Source: Octopus bimaculoides
Taxonomy: Eukaryota
Length of the DNA: 57,927 nucleotides
NCBI RefSeq assembly: GCF_001194135.2
Contig: NC_068985.1
Coordinates: forward strand, 60,186,159-60,244,085
Direction: 5' to 3'
Positions 1-11,414 of the stretch are shown piece by piece (the first letter of the stretch is position 1; the number at the start of each line of letters is the position of its first letter). Position numbers and translations under genes: made by a program. The notes below the pieces were generated by a model, which was given only the letters and a program-made list of their open reading frames with translations, was not told the origin of the DNA and did not search any database.

Positions 1-123
1 ATTGCATACATATTTTTTGTACGCATACATGTTCGTACGTGTGTGTGTTGCACGTATATCAACAAAACACTTTTTTCCTCGATAGAAAAAAAAACAACAA
101 AGGCCTTAAAAACTTGCTCGTCA

Positions 124-380
124 CTAGAAGGGGACTTCACTCCCATTGTAAACAATGGTGGATTTCTCCAACTTGAAAATTGTTAAAAGTTATGGTTGAA
201 AATCGATTTTTACAGTTATATGCGGGTGCCTCTGAGAGAAAAAGTTGACGAAAATGCAGATAGGGTCATGATGAATGTCCTCCTAAAATTGGAGCGACAT
301 GCGTGCTAATTTGTGGACGTGCATAAATTACATTCCCGTACACACACACACATTTTGCCTTTTATATATATATATACGGA
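124..380 (-). mobile_element. Non-autonomous Helitron-like element, family A
   Basis: Minus strand begins A|TC(CG)(TA)nAAAAGGCAAAATGTGTGT and ends CTAG|T (124-127). A perfect hairpin CCATTGT-TT-ACAATGG (143-158) lies 15 nt before the CTAG. These are the Helitron 5'-TC / 3'-hairpin-CTRR / A|T target signatures. Confidence 0.65.
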
Positions 381-519
381 TATATGAATATGCACATATA
401 CATACATGTATATGTGCGTGTGTGTGTATGTATTATATATATATATACATATATATACACACACATACAAAAAGATAGATTGACAGATACAACTGAGTGG
501 GCAAACAAAAATATGAGAC

Positions 520-897
520 ACTGCCTAATGCTTTTTTTTATATTTTGGTAAGCCTGGTACTTATTCTATCAGTTTCTTCTTGTGAAACCAGTAAATTATG
601 GGGATGCAAATAAATGAACAGCAGTTGTGAAGCAGTGATGAAAGAGAAACATAGAAACAAAGACACATACATACATTTACATATATACATACATATATAT
701 ACGATTGATTTCTTTCAGTTTCTGTCTACAAAATCCACTCACAAGGCTTTGGTTGGTTTGAGGCTATANNNNNNNNNNAAGGCTTTGGTTGGTTTGAGGC
801 TATAGCAGAAGACACATGCCAAGTCACCAGACAGTGGGACTGAACCCAGGACCATGTGTTTTGGAACCAATTTACTTAGCTCACAGCACACCTGCAC
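520..897 (-). mobile_element. tRNA-derived SINE (family 1)
   Basis: Reverse complement matches the head/core seen at 16506 and 34735 (gtggcaccttgggcaagtgtcttct...gccttgtgagtggattt...gaaactgaaagaa). Interrupted by a 10-N gap with a duplicated flank. Confidence 0.75.
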
Positions 898-899
898 CT

Positions 900-1135
900 A
901 TGTGTGTGTGTGTGTTGGTATGAGTGTATATATGTATGCATGTATATATGTGTATATATTACATGTACATCTATATATATACATCTACACATATACATGT
1001 ATACATATACATCTATACATATACACATACATGTATACATATACATCTATATATATACATGTATATATACATCTCTCTTTCTCTCTCTATATATATATGT
1101 ATATATATACATCTATATATATACATTTGTGCAGA

Positions 1136-1180
<45 letters not shown>
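900..1180. repeat. Compound (TG)/(TA)/(TACA) microsatellite
   Basis: Direct reading. It generates the YIYI-type spurious ORFs in the track. Confidence 0.95.
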
Positions 1181-1182
<2 letters not shown>

Positions 1183-1408
1183 CAAAATAAGCAACAAGGA
1201 TATCCAAAGTTAATGCAGTACGAGCGTTTCATGCGACTCCATTTATTTAAACAATGTGAACATTACATCAAATGTAAAATGCAGAGCAATCCTCAGCTGC
1301 ACAAAGATATAGAAATTTACTGAAATTTCATTTCAACAGGACATATTTTTGTAACTACATTTAAACTCTCCAAGTAGAAAGGAAGAATACAAAAAAACAC
1401 ATTTTGAC

Positions 1409-1810
1409 TTAGCCAGACCATACACGCTGTATAGATATATAGATATGTATATATACATAATATATGCCTATATATATGTGAGATAATAGTTTCACTTTAA
1501 TAGTTTTGAGTATTAAAGTGAAACTGTTAAAGTGAAAATATCTGATATTACAATAGAGAGATGTTATTGTTTCACTTTTGACACATAATACTGCAATAGT
1601 GGAGGAGATATTATATTGTTCTGGGCTCGCACTAGGCAAGAAGTTAAAAATATTTTTGGCCTAAGACACTACATGGACCCTAAGTAAGGCATGTGTAAAA
1701 TTTGAATGAAATTGGTTGTGTTGTTCTCAAGTTTTAGGGATTCACACAGACACACAGACAGACACGCAGACAGACACACAGACACACATTCTCATCTTTA
1801 TATATATAGA
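1409..1810 (-). mobile_element. Non-autonomous Helitron-like element, family B
   Basis: Minus 5' end A|TCTATATATATAAAGATGAGAATGTGTGTCTG followed by a (GTCT)-type microsatellite; degenerate CTAAG|T 3' end near 1409. Segment 1576-1810 matches the inverted copy at 57714-57927. Confidence 0.65.
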
Positions 1811-2160
1811 TTAGCAATATTCATTTCATTTGCCAAACTCAGAGATCAATGCTTGTAGTAAAAATAACTAATTGTTTAAATCAATCTGTAGCAATCTTGA
1901 CATATAGTTTATTGACACTAAGATCCATGAAACAACCAACCACAGTGAAATTTGAACCTCATGACAAGGAAAATAAATGTTATTACAATAATAACATTGG
2001 CGGAGTATCTTACAAGAGAATATATCAAATATTTGACCAGAAAATGCTTGAATTATTAAAATCTAGTGGTATTAGTAGGGTTACAAACATACTATAGTAC
2101 TGGTAGTTAGGTTAGATACTACAGAATAGGAAGGACCACTAGTTAGGGTACCCCCCACCC

Positions 2161-5015
2161 CACCCGCAGCATAGACTTGTTATTAGTGACTTTAGACTCA
2201 AGGCCAGAGGGATGCCAAAAAGCAGACCAATCTGGAAAAGAAGGACTTGGCAGCTTAAACCCTTCACATGGTCAGAGATTTAGGGATATCCTTACTGAGA
2301 AATTTCATGTTAGGGAGGTGCTGTTGGGAATTCCTGTGAAACAGCTTGCTGAGTGCCACAGACCAAATCTGGGGCTGGTGCAAAATCCCTTCCAGACCTA
2401 GGATAACATGGTGGTGAAACAATACTGTAGACTGGGCTGTTAGAGCAAGGAAACAGGTTTGGAAGGTCTGGAAGAGTGGGGTTAGTAGGAGAATGTATCA
2501 GATAGACAAAAGGGAAGCTAGGAGACAGGTATATATAGCCAAGGTATAGCAGAAAAGAAGTTTGCCAATGTTCAGCGATGTAAGGATCAAAGAACTGAAG
2601 TGTTTTGGATTGCAAGACAGTGTGTGAGAGAAAACTGTGATGTCATAGGAGAGAAATGTGTCCGCATGGATGATGGTGCCTTTGCGTTTAATGATTCTGC
2701 AAAGAGATACCATTATGAAAGCCTGCTGAATGTGAAGAATGAATGGAAGGAGAAGAGTCTGCCAAAGGTTAACCCAATTGAGGGACTAGCTACCCAAATT
2801 AACAGTACCCTGGTAGATAAAGCAATTAAGGATAAGAAGGCAGGGAAAGCACCTGGCCCATCAGGAATCACTGCTGAGATGCTTGAAATATCGGGTGGTG
2901 TGGGTTATGGTTTTGTCACCCACATCATAAATCAGGCAGTACATGAAGGAGTCATACCCAATGACTGGTGTAGCAGCACCATAGTCAACTGCTACAATGG
3001 TAAAGGTGATGCTTTAGATAGAAATAACTACAGGAGTATCAAATTATTGGATCAAGTGATGAAAGTTACAGAGAGGGTCATAGCCACAGGGAGAGAGTTA
3101 GCCTAGATGAGATGCAGTTTGGTTTTGTGCCAGGCAGAAACACCACTGATGCTATATTTCTGGTAAGGCAGCTGCAGGAGAAATATCTAGACAAAGATAA
3201 ATCTCTGTACTTGGCTTTTGTTGACTTGGAGAAAGCCTTTGACAGAGTCCCCTGATCCCTTATCTGGTGGTGAATGCAGAAACTGGGGATAGATGAGTGG
3301 TTGGTAAGAGCTGTACAAGCCCTGCACAGGGATGCTCTCAGTAAGGTGAGGATTGGCAACGAGTATGGTGAAAAATTCCAAGTAGAAGTAGGGGTTCACC
3401 AAGGATCAGTCCTCGGCCCCCTCTAATTCATTTTAGTCCTCCAGGCAATAACAGAGGGAGCTCCGCTATGCTGATGACCTTGCTCTAATAGCCGAGTCAC
3501 TGCCAGAACTAGAGATGAAGTTTAGAGCGTGGAAGCAAGGTCGAGAATCAAAGGGCCTTAGGGTCAACTTAGCAAAAACCAAAGTCTTAGTAAGTAGGAA
3601 GGCTGTCAAACCACAGATCCTTTCAGGTAGATGACCCTGCTCGATCTGTAGAAACGGCATGGGTAGAAACTCCCTATGATATACCCAGTGTAACCTATGG
3701 TCACATAAAAGGTGCAGCAGTATCAAAAGAAGGTTAACCAGGAAGATAGTATTTGTGGGTGGCAGATGCACAAGGGCAATAAACACTGGAGATGTACAGA
3801 AAACAGATTCCATCACATGCCAGGGGAAGTAACTAGGAGTAGTTAATAGCTTCTGCTACCTAGGCAACCGAGTCTGTAGTGTGAGTGGTTGCTCTGAGAG
3901 TGTAGCAGCTAGAATAAGAGCATCCTGGGCAAAGTTCAGAGAGCTCCTAATATCTAATCATAATGCAACTAAAGACCTCTCGCTCAGGATGAAAGGTAGT
4001 CTGTATGATGCATGTGTGCAAACTGCCATGCTACACAGCAGTGAAACATGAGCCACGACTGCTAAGGACATGCGTAGGCTTGAAAGAAATGAAGCTAGTA
4101 TTATCCACTTGATGTGTAATGTCAATGTGCTTACACAACAGAGTGTAAATGACCTGAGAGAAAAGTTGAGCATCAAATATGGTGTGCAAGAGAGACAGCT
4201 GTGCTGGTATGATCATGTGTTACATATGGATGAGGACAGCTGTGTGATAAAGTGCCACTCCCTAACTGTGGAAGGAACCTGTAGAAGAGGTAGACCCAGG
4301 AAAACATGGGATGAGGTGGTGAAGCATGACCCTCAAACATTGGGCCTCATAGAGGCAATGACAGGAGACTGAGACTTTTGGAGATATGCTGTGATTGAGA
4401 AAACCCAGCAATTAAAGTGAGATTGCAGACATGCATGTCCAGCCCAGTTAAGAGTGCCCCTGATGCGTTAGGCAATATGATATGCTTAAGAAGACCTGTT
4501 GAGTCAAGTAAAACCAATATCATAGCTGTGGCCAGTGCCCCCTGATTTGCTCCCATGCTGGTGGCATGTAAAAAGCATCATCCGAGCATGGTCGATGCCA
4601 GGTCCACCTGACTGGCTCCTGTGCTGGTGGCACGTAAAAAGCTCTGAACGTGGCTGATGCCAGTGCCCTCTGACTGGCTCCCATGCTAGTGGCATGTAAA
4701 AAGCACCATCTGAACGTGGCCGATGCCAATAACCCTTAACTGGCCCCTGTGCCGGTGGCATGTAAAAAGCACTATCTGAACATGATCAATGCCAGGTCCA
4801 CCTGACTGACTCCTGTGCTGGTGGCATGTAGAAATCACCTACTACACTCTCGGAGTGGTTGGCGTTAGGAAGGGCATCCAGCTTGGTTGGCGTTAGGAAG
4901 GGCATTGCCAGATCAGATTGGAGCCTGGTGCAGCCACTAGCACTCCAGACCTCAGTCAAACTGTCCAACCCATGCCAGCATGGAAAACAGACATTAAACG
5001 ATGATGATGATGATG
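2161..5015 (+). mobile_element. 5'-truncated, decayed RTE-clade LINE (RT domain, C-terminus, 3' UTR, (GAT)n tail)
   Basis: Translated motifs QHRLVISDFR, KAPGPSGITAEML, NNYRSIKLL, QFGFVPGRNTTDAIF, AFVDLEKAFDRVP, VHQGSVLGP, RYADDLAL (YADD at 3467-3478), GLRVNLAKTK and RGRPRKTWDEVV. Many stops and frameshifts; ends in (ATG)5. Confidence 0.93.
4531..4839 (+). repeat. Five ~66-bp tandem units in the RTE 3' UTR
   Basis: Units start at 4531, 4597, 4659, 4725 and 4791; shared core gctggtggcatgtaaaaagca. Confidence 0.9.
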
Positions 5016-5951
5016 TTAAATTTCTATATCAGAAAATGAGATGACAAAGGAATAAATGATTATCTTCATTAGCTTACAGCTGTTTCTACCATCAGATGCA
5101 GCTGAGTGCCTGAGTAATACCTTATAGCTTCATTGGAACCTCAGCTATGGAACATTTGGGTTGGACAGTTTGACAGGACCTGACCAGCTGGAGAGCTGTC
5201 CAGACTCCAGTTGTCTGTTGTAGATTATATATTATAGTAATGTACTGGTAGCTGCATTAGATCCAGAAACTTTCGTTGAAAAACACACTGGTTGAACTAC
5301 ATACTGGCCAAAAGACAAATTTCTATATTAACAAATTAGTCACAAGGTATATTTCTTAAAAAAAAAACAATTATAGAAGAATAAATTGGTTGAAGAGAAA
5401 ATTATGAGAAACATTATTTGAAGGTTGAATATTCCTGAAAATATATTTTTTAATGAAATTGGTAAAAGTAACAATAATTGTGATTCTAACACCCTAATGT
5501 AAATCCATGTTCACTCTAAACCTATGAATATTACACAAATGGCTCATAGATGTAAATAATTACAGCCAAGGTTGCTCTAGGTTTCTAGAAATAGATCACA
5601 TACCACTGTCTTCAAAAGGATGAACTCATTGAATAATGTAGTCCTAGATATACCATGCCTAAAAAAAGAAAAGACAGAAGGGTGACAGTTAGCCTAGGGT
5701 TAAACAATTTAATTATTACCTAATGATATGCCATGTTTCTTCTGTAAGTCTGGGTTTGTGTGCTCTAATATGAGATCAAAAGGTTGGATGTTGAATCAAA
5801 GCTGGCTTGGTGTGACAGAGAGTAAGATGGTTAGGAAATGTGCAGGAAATATTTCTGGAGAGTTAAAAATTAGTGGGGGTATGGGTATACATACAATATG
5901 CTTACACATACAGAGAGCAAGACACATTCAGAAAGATACTCACAAAGGAAG

Positions 5952-5982
<31 letters not shown>

Positions 5983-6146
5983 CTGCATAAATAAAAATAT
6001 TATGCAATTAGGAATATCCACAAACCAGGTTTCGGCTTTTGGGTATTTAACCCTGAGCCTCGTCAGTGTGGACCACCAGTTTAAATCTGTGACTGTCAGT
6101 GTTTGAATATTTCATTTATAAATTTTTATGCACCATGTGCTCTGTT
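5983..6146 (-). mobile_element. Penelope-like element 3' end / pseudo-LTR (runs into gap)
   Basis: Contains a hammerhead fold, abuts a (TA)n tract on one side and a 526-N gap on the other. The Penelope assignment is inferred from the known hammerhead-PLE association. Confidence 0.55.
6017..6072 (-). ncRNA. Type I hammerhead ribozyme (canonical core)
   Basis: Minus strand: TCCACA-CTGACGA-GGC-(20 nt, with inner GGGT/ACCC hairpin)-GCC-GAAA-CC-T-GGT-T-TGTGGA. Stem I 6 bp perfect, stem II 3 bp with G-C closing pair, stem III ACC/GGT, cleavage triplet GUU. Confidence 0.75.
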
Positions 6147-6672
6147 NNNNNNNNNNNNNNNNNNNNNNNNNNNNNNNNNNNNNNNNNNNNNNNNNNNNNN
6201 NNNNNNNNNNNNNNNNNNNNNNNNNNNNNNNNNNNNNNNNNNNNNNNNNNNNNNNNNNNNNNNNNNNNNNNNNNNNNNNNNNNNNNNNNNNNNNNNNNNN
6301 NNNNNNNNNNNNNNNNNNNNNNNNNNNNNNNNNNNNNNNNNNNNNNNNNNNNNNNNNNNNNNNNNNNNNNNNNNNNNNNNNNNNNNNNNNNNNNNNNNNN
6401 NNNNNNNNNNNNNNNNNNNNNNNNNNNNNNNNNNNNNNNNNNNNNNNNNNNNNNNNNNNNNNNNNNNNNNNNNNNNNNNNNNNNNNNNNNNNNNNNNNNN
6501 NNNNNNNNNNNNNNNNNNNNNNNNNNNNNNNNNNNNNNNNNNNNNNNNNNNNNNNNNNNNNNNNNNNNNNNNNNNNNNNNNNNNNNNNNNNNNNNNNNNN
6601 NNNNNNNNNNNNNNNNNNNNNNNNNNNNNNNNNNNNNNNNNNNNNNNNNNNNNNNNNNNNNNNNNNNNNNNN
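6147..6672. other. Assembly gap (N run); other gaps at 769-778, 12052-12218, 20374-21170, 38578-38772, 43939-44163, 51075-51199
   Basis: Direct reading. Confidence 1.
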
Positions 6673-6758
6673 AAAATTAGTGGGGGTATGGGTATACATA
6701 CAATATGCTTACACATACAGAGAGCAAGACACATTCAGAAAGATACTCACAAAGGAAG

Positions 6759-6789
<31 letters not shown>

Positions 6790-7784
6790 AGTTAGTTAGA
6801 GGATATATTAACCTCTTAAAGGGATGATTATATCCAAGAAAATATTGGTTCTATATCATGTCTTTGGGAAATGAAATTTCCCTAAATCAATAGGTATATA
6901 TTAAGTATACAATCTTTATTAAATTAAGAGAAGAAAATGGAGAGTTAATGGTTAATATTTATTTATCAATAAATTGATAATCATTTCTTCCCACAGCTGT
7001 TTCCATTTATACAAATTTATGCACTAAATTTGCATTTATAAGTTATGAGCAAAATATCATCAGGGAAATGTTAGACATTAAAAAGTTACATGTTGACCCA
7101 TCTATTCGTTCCGGCAGACTAAATATATGGAATTGTTTTATTTTTTATTTTTGTATGTGCATGAGGGTTAATGGAATAATTTTAATATAACAGAATAAAA
7201 ATAAAAAATAAGATAAAATTTAAAAAAATAAAATAAACCCAAATTAAAGAAATAAAAATGGAATAATAATAAAATAAGGTAGAGTAGAATATATATGTAT
7301 ATAGGTACATATGTACATACATATATAAAATATACATAAATATATACATACACCCTTATATATATAAAGAAACTACATATAAACTTTTTATATTAATTCA
7401 TGTTCATCAGTTGGGGTACATGGTGTACATGTGCTTAAGCATTTCAGGAAAATATCTAATCATAATGGTTTATCAGTGTATGCGTGTGTGCAGAATTATA
7501 GGGCGAATACAGACTCACAGTTATAATCAAACACACACACACACACACACAAACACACATACACACACATATATATATATATATACATATATATATACTT
7601 ATATATACATATAAGTAAATGTTATAGGTTATACTTGATAATTGTAAGCACAAACAAAGGTTGCTTTAGAAGCGTTGAAACATATTGAAAGCTACAGGTA
7701 TAATTTATTCTCAAATGCTTGATAATGCTAATACACTAGCATGAACAGGATAAGCTATCCATATATTGCAAAAAAATTATTTAC

Positions 7785-7858
7785 TGGCCAGCCATGAGAC
7801 TTGAACTCACACCTCTGTGATTGTGTATCAAGTGCTTTACCTTTAAGCTAAACTGCCC
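7785..7858 (-). pseudogene. Degenerate tRNA-like sequence (repeat head)
   Basis: GGGCAGTTTAGCTTAAAGGTAAAGC...GTGAGTTCAAGTCTCAT has A/B-box-like motifs and a T-arm, but the acceptor and anticodon stems are mismatched. Related copy at 28223-28292. Confidence 0.55.
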
Positions 7859-8720
7859 AGAAATCTGGTGCATTGCATCATCACAATTAGTGTTTATAGA
7901 AATAGTTACAAAACATATTCGATACATAATGATTAAGTTAATCTCTATAAATTAATTAATAATTATTATTAATTAATGTTTCAAATTTTTTTATCAGAAT
8001 TTTAATTATTAATGTAATGTAATAAAGTTGAATATAGTATGTATTATAAGAGATATAATTGAAAATATTCAGTTGGGTATAGTTTATGGTCAAATTCTTC
8101 TAATAAATGGGTGCATATTGATTTCAATCTATTATATCAATAAGTCAAATAAACACTAATTGTGATTACATAATGCTCCAGATTTCTATCTATAGCTAAT
8201 ATAATACCCTTTTCTATATTTATACATAACTGAATAACATAGAATATTTCTCATATAATACACATTATATTTAGCCTATTATATTACGTTCATATAAACA
8301 TTAAACAATAATTAATAATACTTAATACTTAATTAAGAGACGAAATAAATTCTTATATATTGAGAATATTCTGTAATTTTTCTATAAACACCAATTATGA
8401 TGACATAATGCACCATACTTCTATCCATTGCTAATGTAAACAAATAATGTATATTCATCGTGCTCATTGTATGGGAAATATAAACCTATGCTTTATGTAA
8501 ATGTCATTTATTGCAAATGAATTTGATCTAAGCATTAATTTAATTATACTGTAATATAAACACATGGTATTGAATTGAATGTTGTAATGCTTATGTATGT
8601 ATGTGTGTATGTATGCCTTGTGCATGTACTTAAACACATGTATGTGTGTATCTGTGCATGTATATAGGTGCATGTATATAGGTGCATGTATATAAATATG
8701 TGTGTGTGTGTGTGTGTGTG

Positions 8721-9000
8721 GTTTATTGCATCTCCTGCTCTCTCTGTCTTTCCCTGTACATCAGTTAAACAGGATGCCACTTGGCTGACTGGTTCGTGGA
8801 GCACCTCTGAGACATCAGAGCAATGACACCACAGTTTCATGTCATTTCCACTTTACTGATCATTCACCACAACATCTGTATTTGAATTATCTTTGCACAG
8901 AGACCACCTGGACTCCTGCCTTCACCATGAACAGGAATTAATCTTCTCTCTTCACTCCTTTGTGCCATATGGACTCAACTCACCTCCTCTCTTCATCTGA
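8721..9000 (+). mobile_element. Penelope-like element GIY-YIG endonuclease 3' fragment (pseudogene)
   Basis: VYCISCSLCLSLYIS*TGCHLADWFVEHL*DIR...HEQELIFSLHSFVPYGLNSPPLFI*, a typical PLE GIY-YIG with CxxC and PxGLN terminus; frameshifted. Confidence 0.75.
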
Positions 9001-9039
9001 CACCAACACCACACCACAAGGGGGGATTCTTTTGGTAAG

Positions 9040-10020
9040 AGATCAGAAAATATAGCTGTAGTTTGAGAGGTGCAATGCCTTTAGAGCAATGCTATGTATG
9101 AAGGTAGCTTTCATTGTTCGGATAGTGGGTGTTGCAAGAGTTGCAGTGCTGGGTATATGTTGTCCAGTTAGGGGAAGTAGGAGTTTCAACAAGTGTTGTA
9201 GGTTATGTTTTTTTCTATTTTTCCTGAACAACTGCAGCGCAGCTATGAGAGAACCACTTGGAGGACATGAATCACTGAGTTTACATTGTTTATGGGATGT
9301 AAAGGGACAGGTCTTAGATGTAGTCAGCAACAAACCCATTTCTGATAGGTCAGGAGTGAACCACATGTACTCTCAGGCATAATTGACAGAACTCTGATCA
9401 GTCAGCTAGCTTGAAGTGCTATAGGATCTGGGAGTGGATAACATTATGTAATATGTGGATATGTGTTGGCTGGTCTCAATGAAGGAGTGGTTGGACGACT
9501 TTATATATACAGATAATCATTGTCTGGTAGAGGGTGGATTTTGAGGTGAGATACTTGGAGTATCTGCATGTCAGTCAGAGATGAAGTAGTTGCTGTAGAA
9601 GAGTTGAGGATTGTGAAAGTCTCCAGGGATGAGTGTAAGAACCAAGAAGAGCTGTGAGCTTTTTTGATGTCATGGATAAGTGAAGTAGATGTCCTCAATG
9701 CAGAAATGTTGGGTGACTTGAGGAGCTAAGAGATAGGTAGATGAAAGGAAACAGAGTCAGAGTGACTGGAAGTCATTATTAATGAAATCCAAGTGAGGGA
9801 GGTGATTGACAAAGATAGTGAAGATTACATATGTGCAGACATCCCTGTCAGAATTAAATTTGAGAAGAGTGTAAAACCTGGACATGAGAGATGAATTATA
9901 GATAGGCATTGATAAATTTGTGTCTCAGAAAGAATAGTATGAATTTGTGTGTTAGTAAAAGGTGTTGCGTGAGATCTAAGTTGGAACAAAGTCTGTGGAT
10001 GTTAGAAGAGAGGAGAGAAA
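9040..10020 (-). mobile_element. Highly decayed Penelope-like RT C-terminus to GIY-YIG region
   Basis: Patchy translations FVNHLPHLDF, LLQQLLHL*LTC (cf. PYSQxLRLRRxC), KTCPF and LRCSCSGK..EKT*PTTL; many disablements. Confidence 0.45.
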
Positions 10021-10269
10021 ATTGTCCAGTGGGTTTATTTTTTATTTTGATTTATTTTTCTCGCATCTTCAGAAAGTGTAAAGGGTGACAGTGCATCAAA
10101 AGGTAACCACCAATTGAAAATCAAGTGGGAATGCTTACAACTGAGTGAATTATATTAAAGGCACCCATGGGCCAGGTGATGGTGTTAAAACCTGTTGTAC
10201 CACTGAGAAATAGGTAAGGCTCTTTATATCATACAAAACAGGAAGCAATATATCTGCAGATATGTAAAG

Positions 10270-10640
10270 GCACATGCATGCAGTGTAGTTGAGACTCCTG
10301 CTTCCCACCCACATGGTTTTTTGTTCAGTCCTACTGTGTGGCACCTTGGACTAATCAATGCCTTGCAAGTGGATTTGGTAGACAGAAACTGAGAGAAGCC
10401 CATCATGAGTGCATGTTGACATTGTGTAATAGATGTAAATGAGTGTCACTGTCATATTATAAGCAGTGTCATTTATTTCCAATGCTCTGCAAAAAGATGT
10501 CTGGCCATGGAGAAATATAACCTTACTTGGAAACAGGTAAGGGTTGGCAACAAGAAGGGCATCCAGCCATAGAAAATCTGCCTCAATAAATTCTGTCTGA
10601 CCCATGCAAGCATGAAAGGTAACCATTAAAATGATGATGA
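10270..10640 (+). mobile_element. tRNA-derived SINE family 1 with RTE-like 3' tail
   Basis: Head gttcagtcctactgtgtggcaccttgg; tail ggttggcaacaagaagggcatccagcc...acccatgcaagcatg...aaatgatgatga resembling RTE 4855-5015. Confidence 0.75.
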
Positions 10641-11414
10641 TTTCTTGCAAGAGCTATTGTTTTTACAATAATGTATATTTATTCAGCTTATTGAGGGTAT
10701 GTTGAAGGCAGTTAGAGAGAAAGAGGTGTGGGGGGAGAGAGACAGAGTTATTGCCAGTCACTGGTTAATGTAAGCACTTTTACAGGTTTAAGGAAGAAAA
10801 AAAAACCAACAGATTTCACACAGAGAAACACAATTTCATAAATATGCAGAAACATATTTACACACAGAAACGTATGCAAATATGCACAAAAACATATACA
10901 AACACTTACAGACTTACACAAACACACAGAGTCATACACAAACACAATAAAACAAAAACAAAAACATACTTATTTCTACATATAAATGCACAAACACAGA
11001 GGAACACATTTCAAAAAAATCTTTTACACACACATAGCCATATTTACACATACACATAAACATACATGCACACATACACACACACAGAATTAGTATGAAC
11101 AATTTTTCAACAACAGTAACATTATTACAAGTTCTTATGTCTTATATGTGAAGTTGAAAATCTAGTTTTAACGATTGAGCAAGACTATTGATGAATATCA
11201 GTGTATTGATTCTATGTAGTTCTCAATAACAATGTTACTTCATGATAATGAATGAGGGAGGGGGTGAAAAAGAGGAAGGGAGAAAGAATTGATGGTGGGG
11301 GGTAGTTGGGGAGCTATATAAATGTTGCTGCTGATGCAGAGCAGCAGCAACTGTTTTCCCCAGATTTCTGATTTCACCATCTCTAAACATAGATTTATTG
11401 ATGATCAATGTAAT

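Noticed and set aside
744-804. 25-bp direct repeat around a 10-N gap
   Set aside because: Typical contig-overlap artefact inside a SINE.
306-1323. Long YIYI/HTHT/CVCV/ERER ORFs (also 11876-12323, 15280-15863, 16532-16872, 50887-51483)
   Set aside because: Translations of (TA)n, (CA)n and (AG)n microsatellites.
4531-4839. CRISPR-like array
   Set aside because: Whole units are repeated with no unique spacers; it lies in a LINE 3' UTR of a eukaryote.
6099-6795. ORFs spanning N runs (also 20267-21244, 38487-38811, 43703-44329)
   Set aside because: Open only because of the gaps.
7650-7700. gctttAGAAGCGTTGAAACatattgaaagc as a hammerhead
   Set aside because: CUGANGA core absent; too degenerate.
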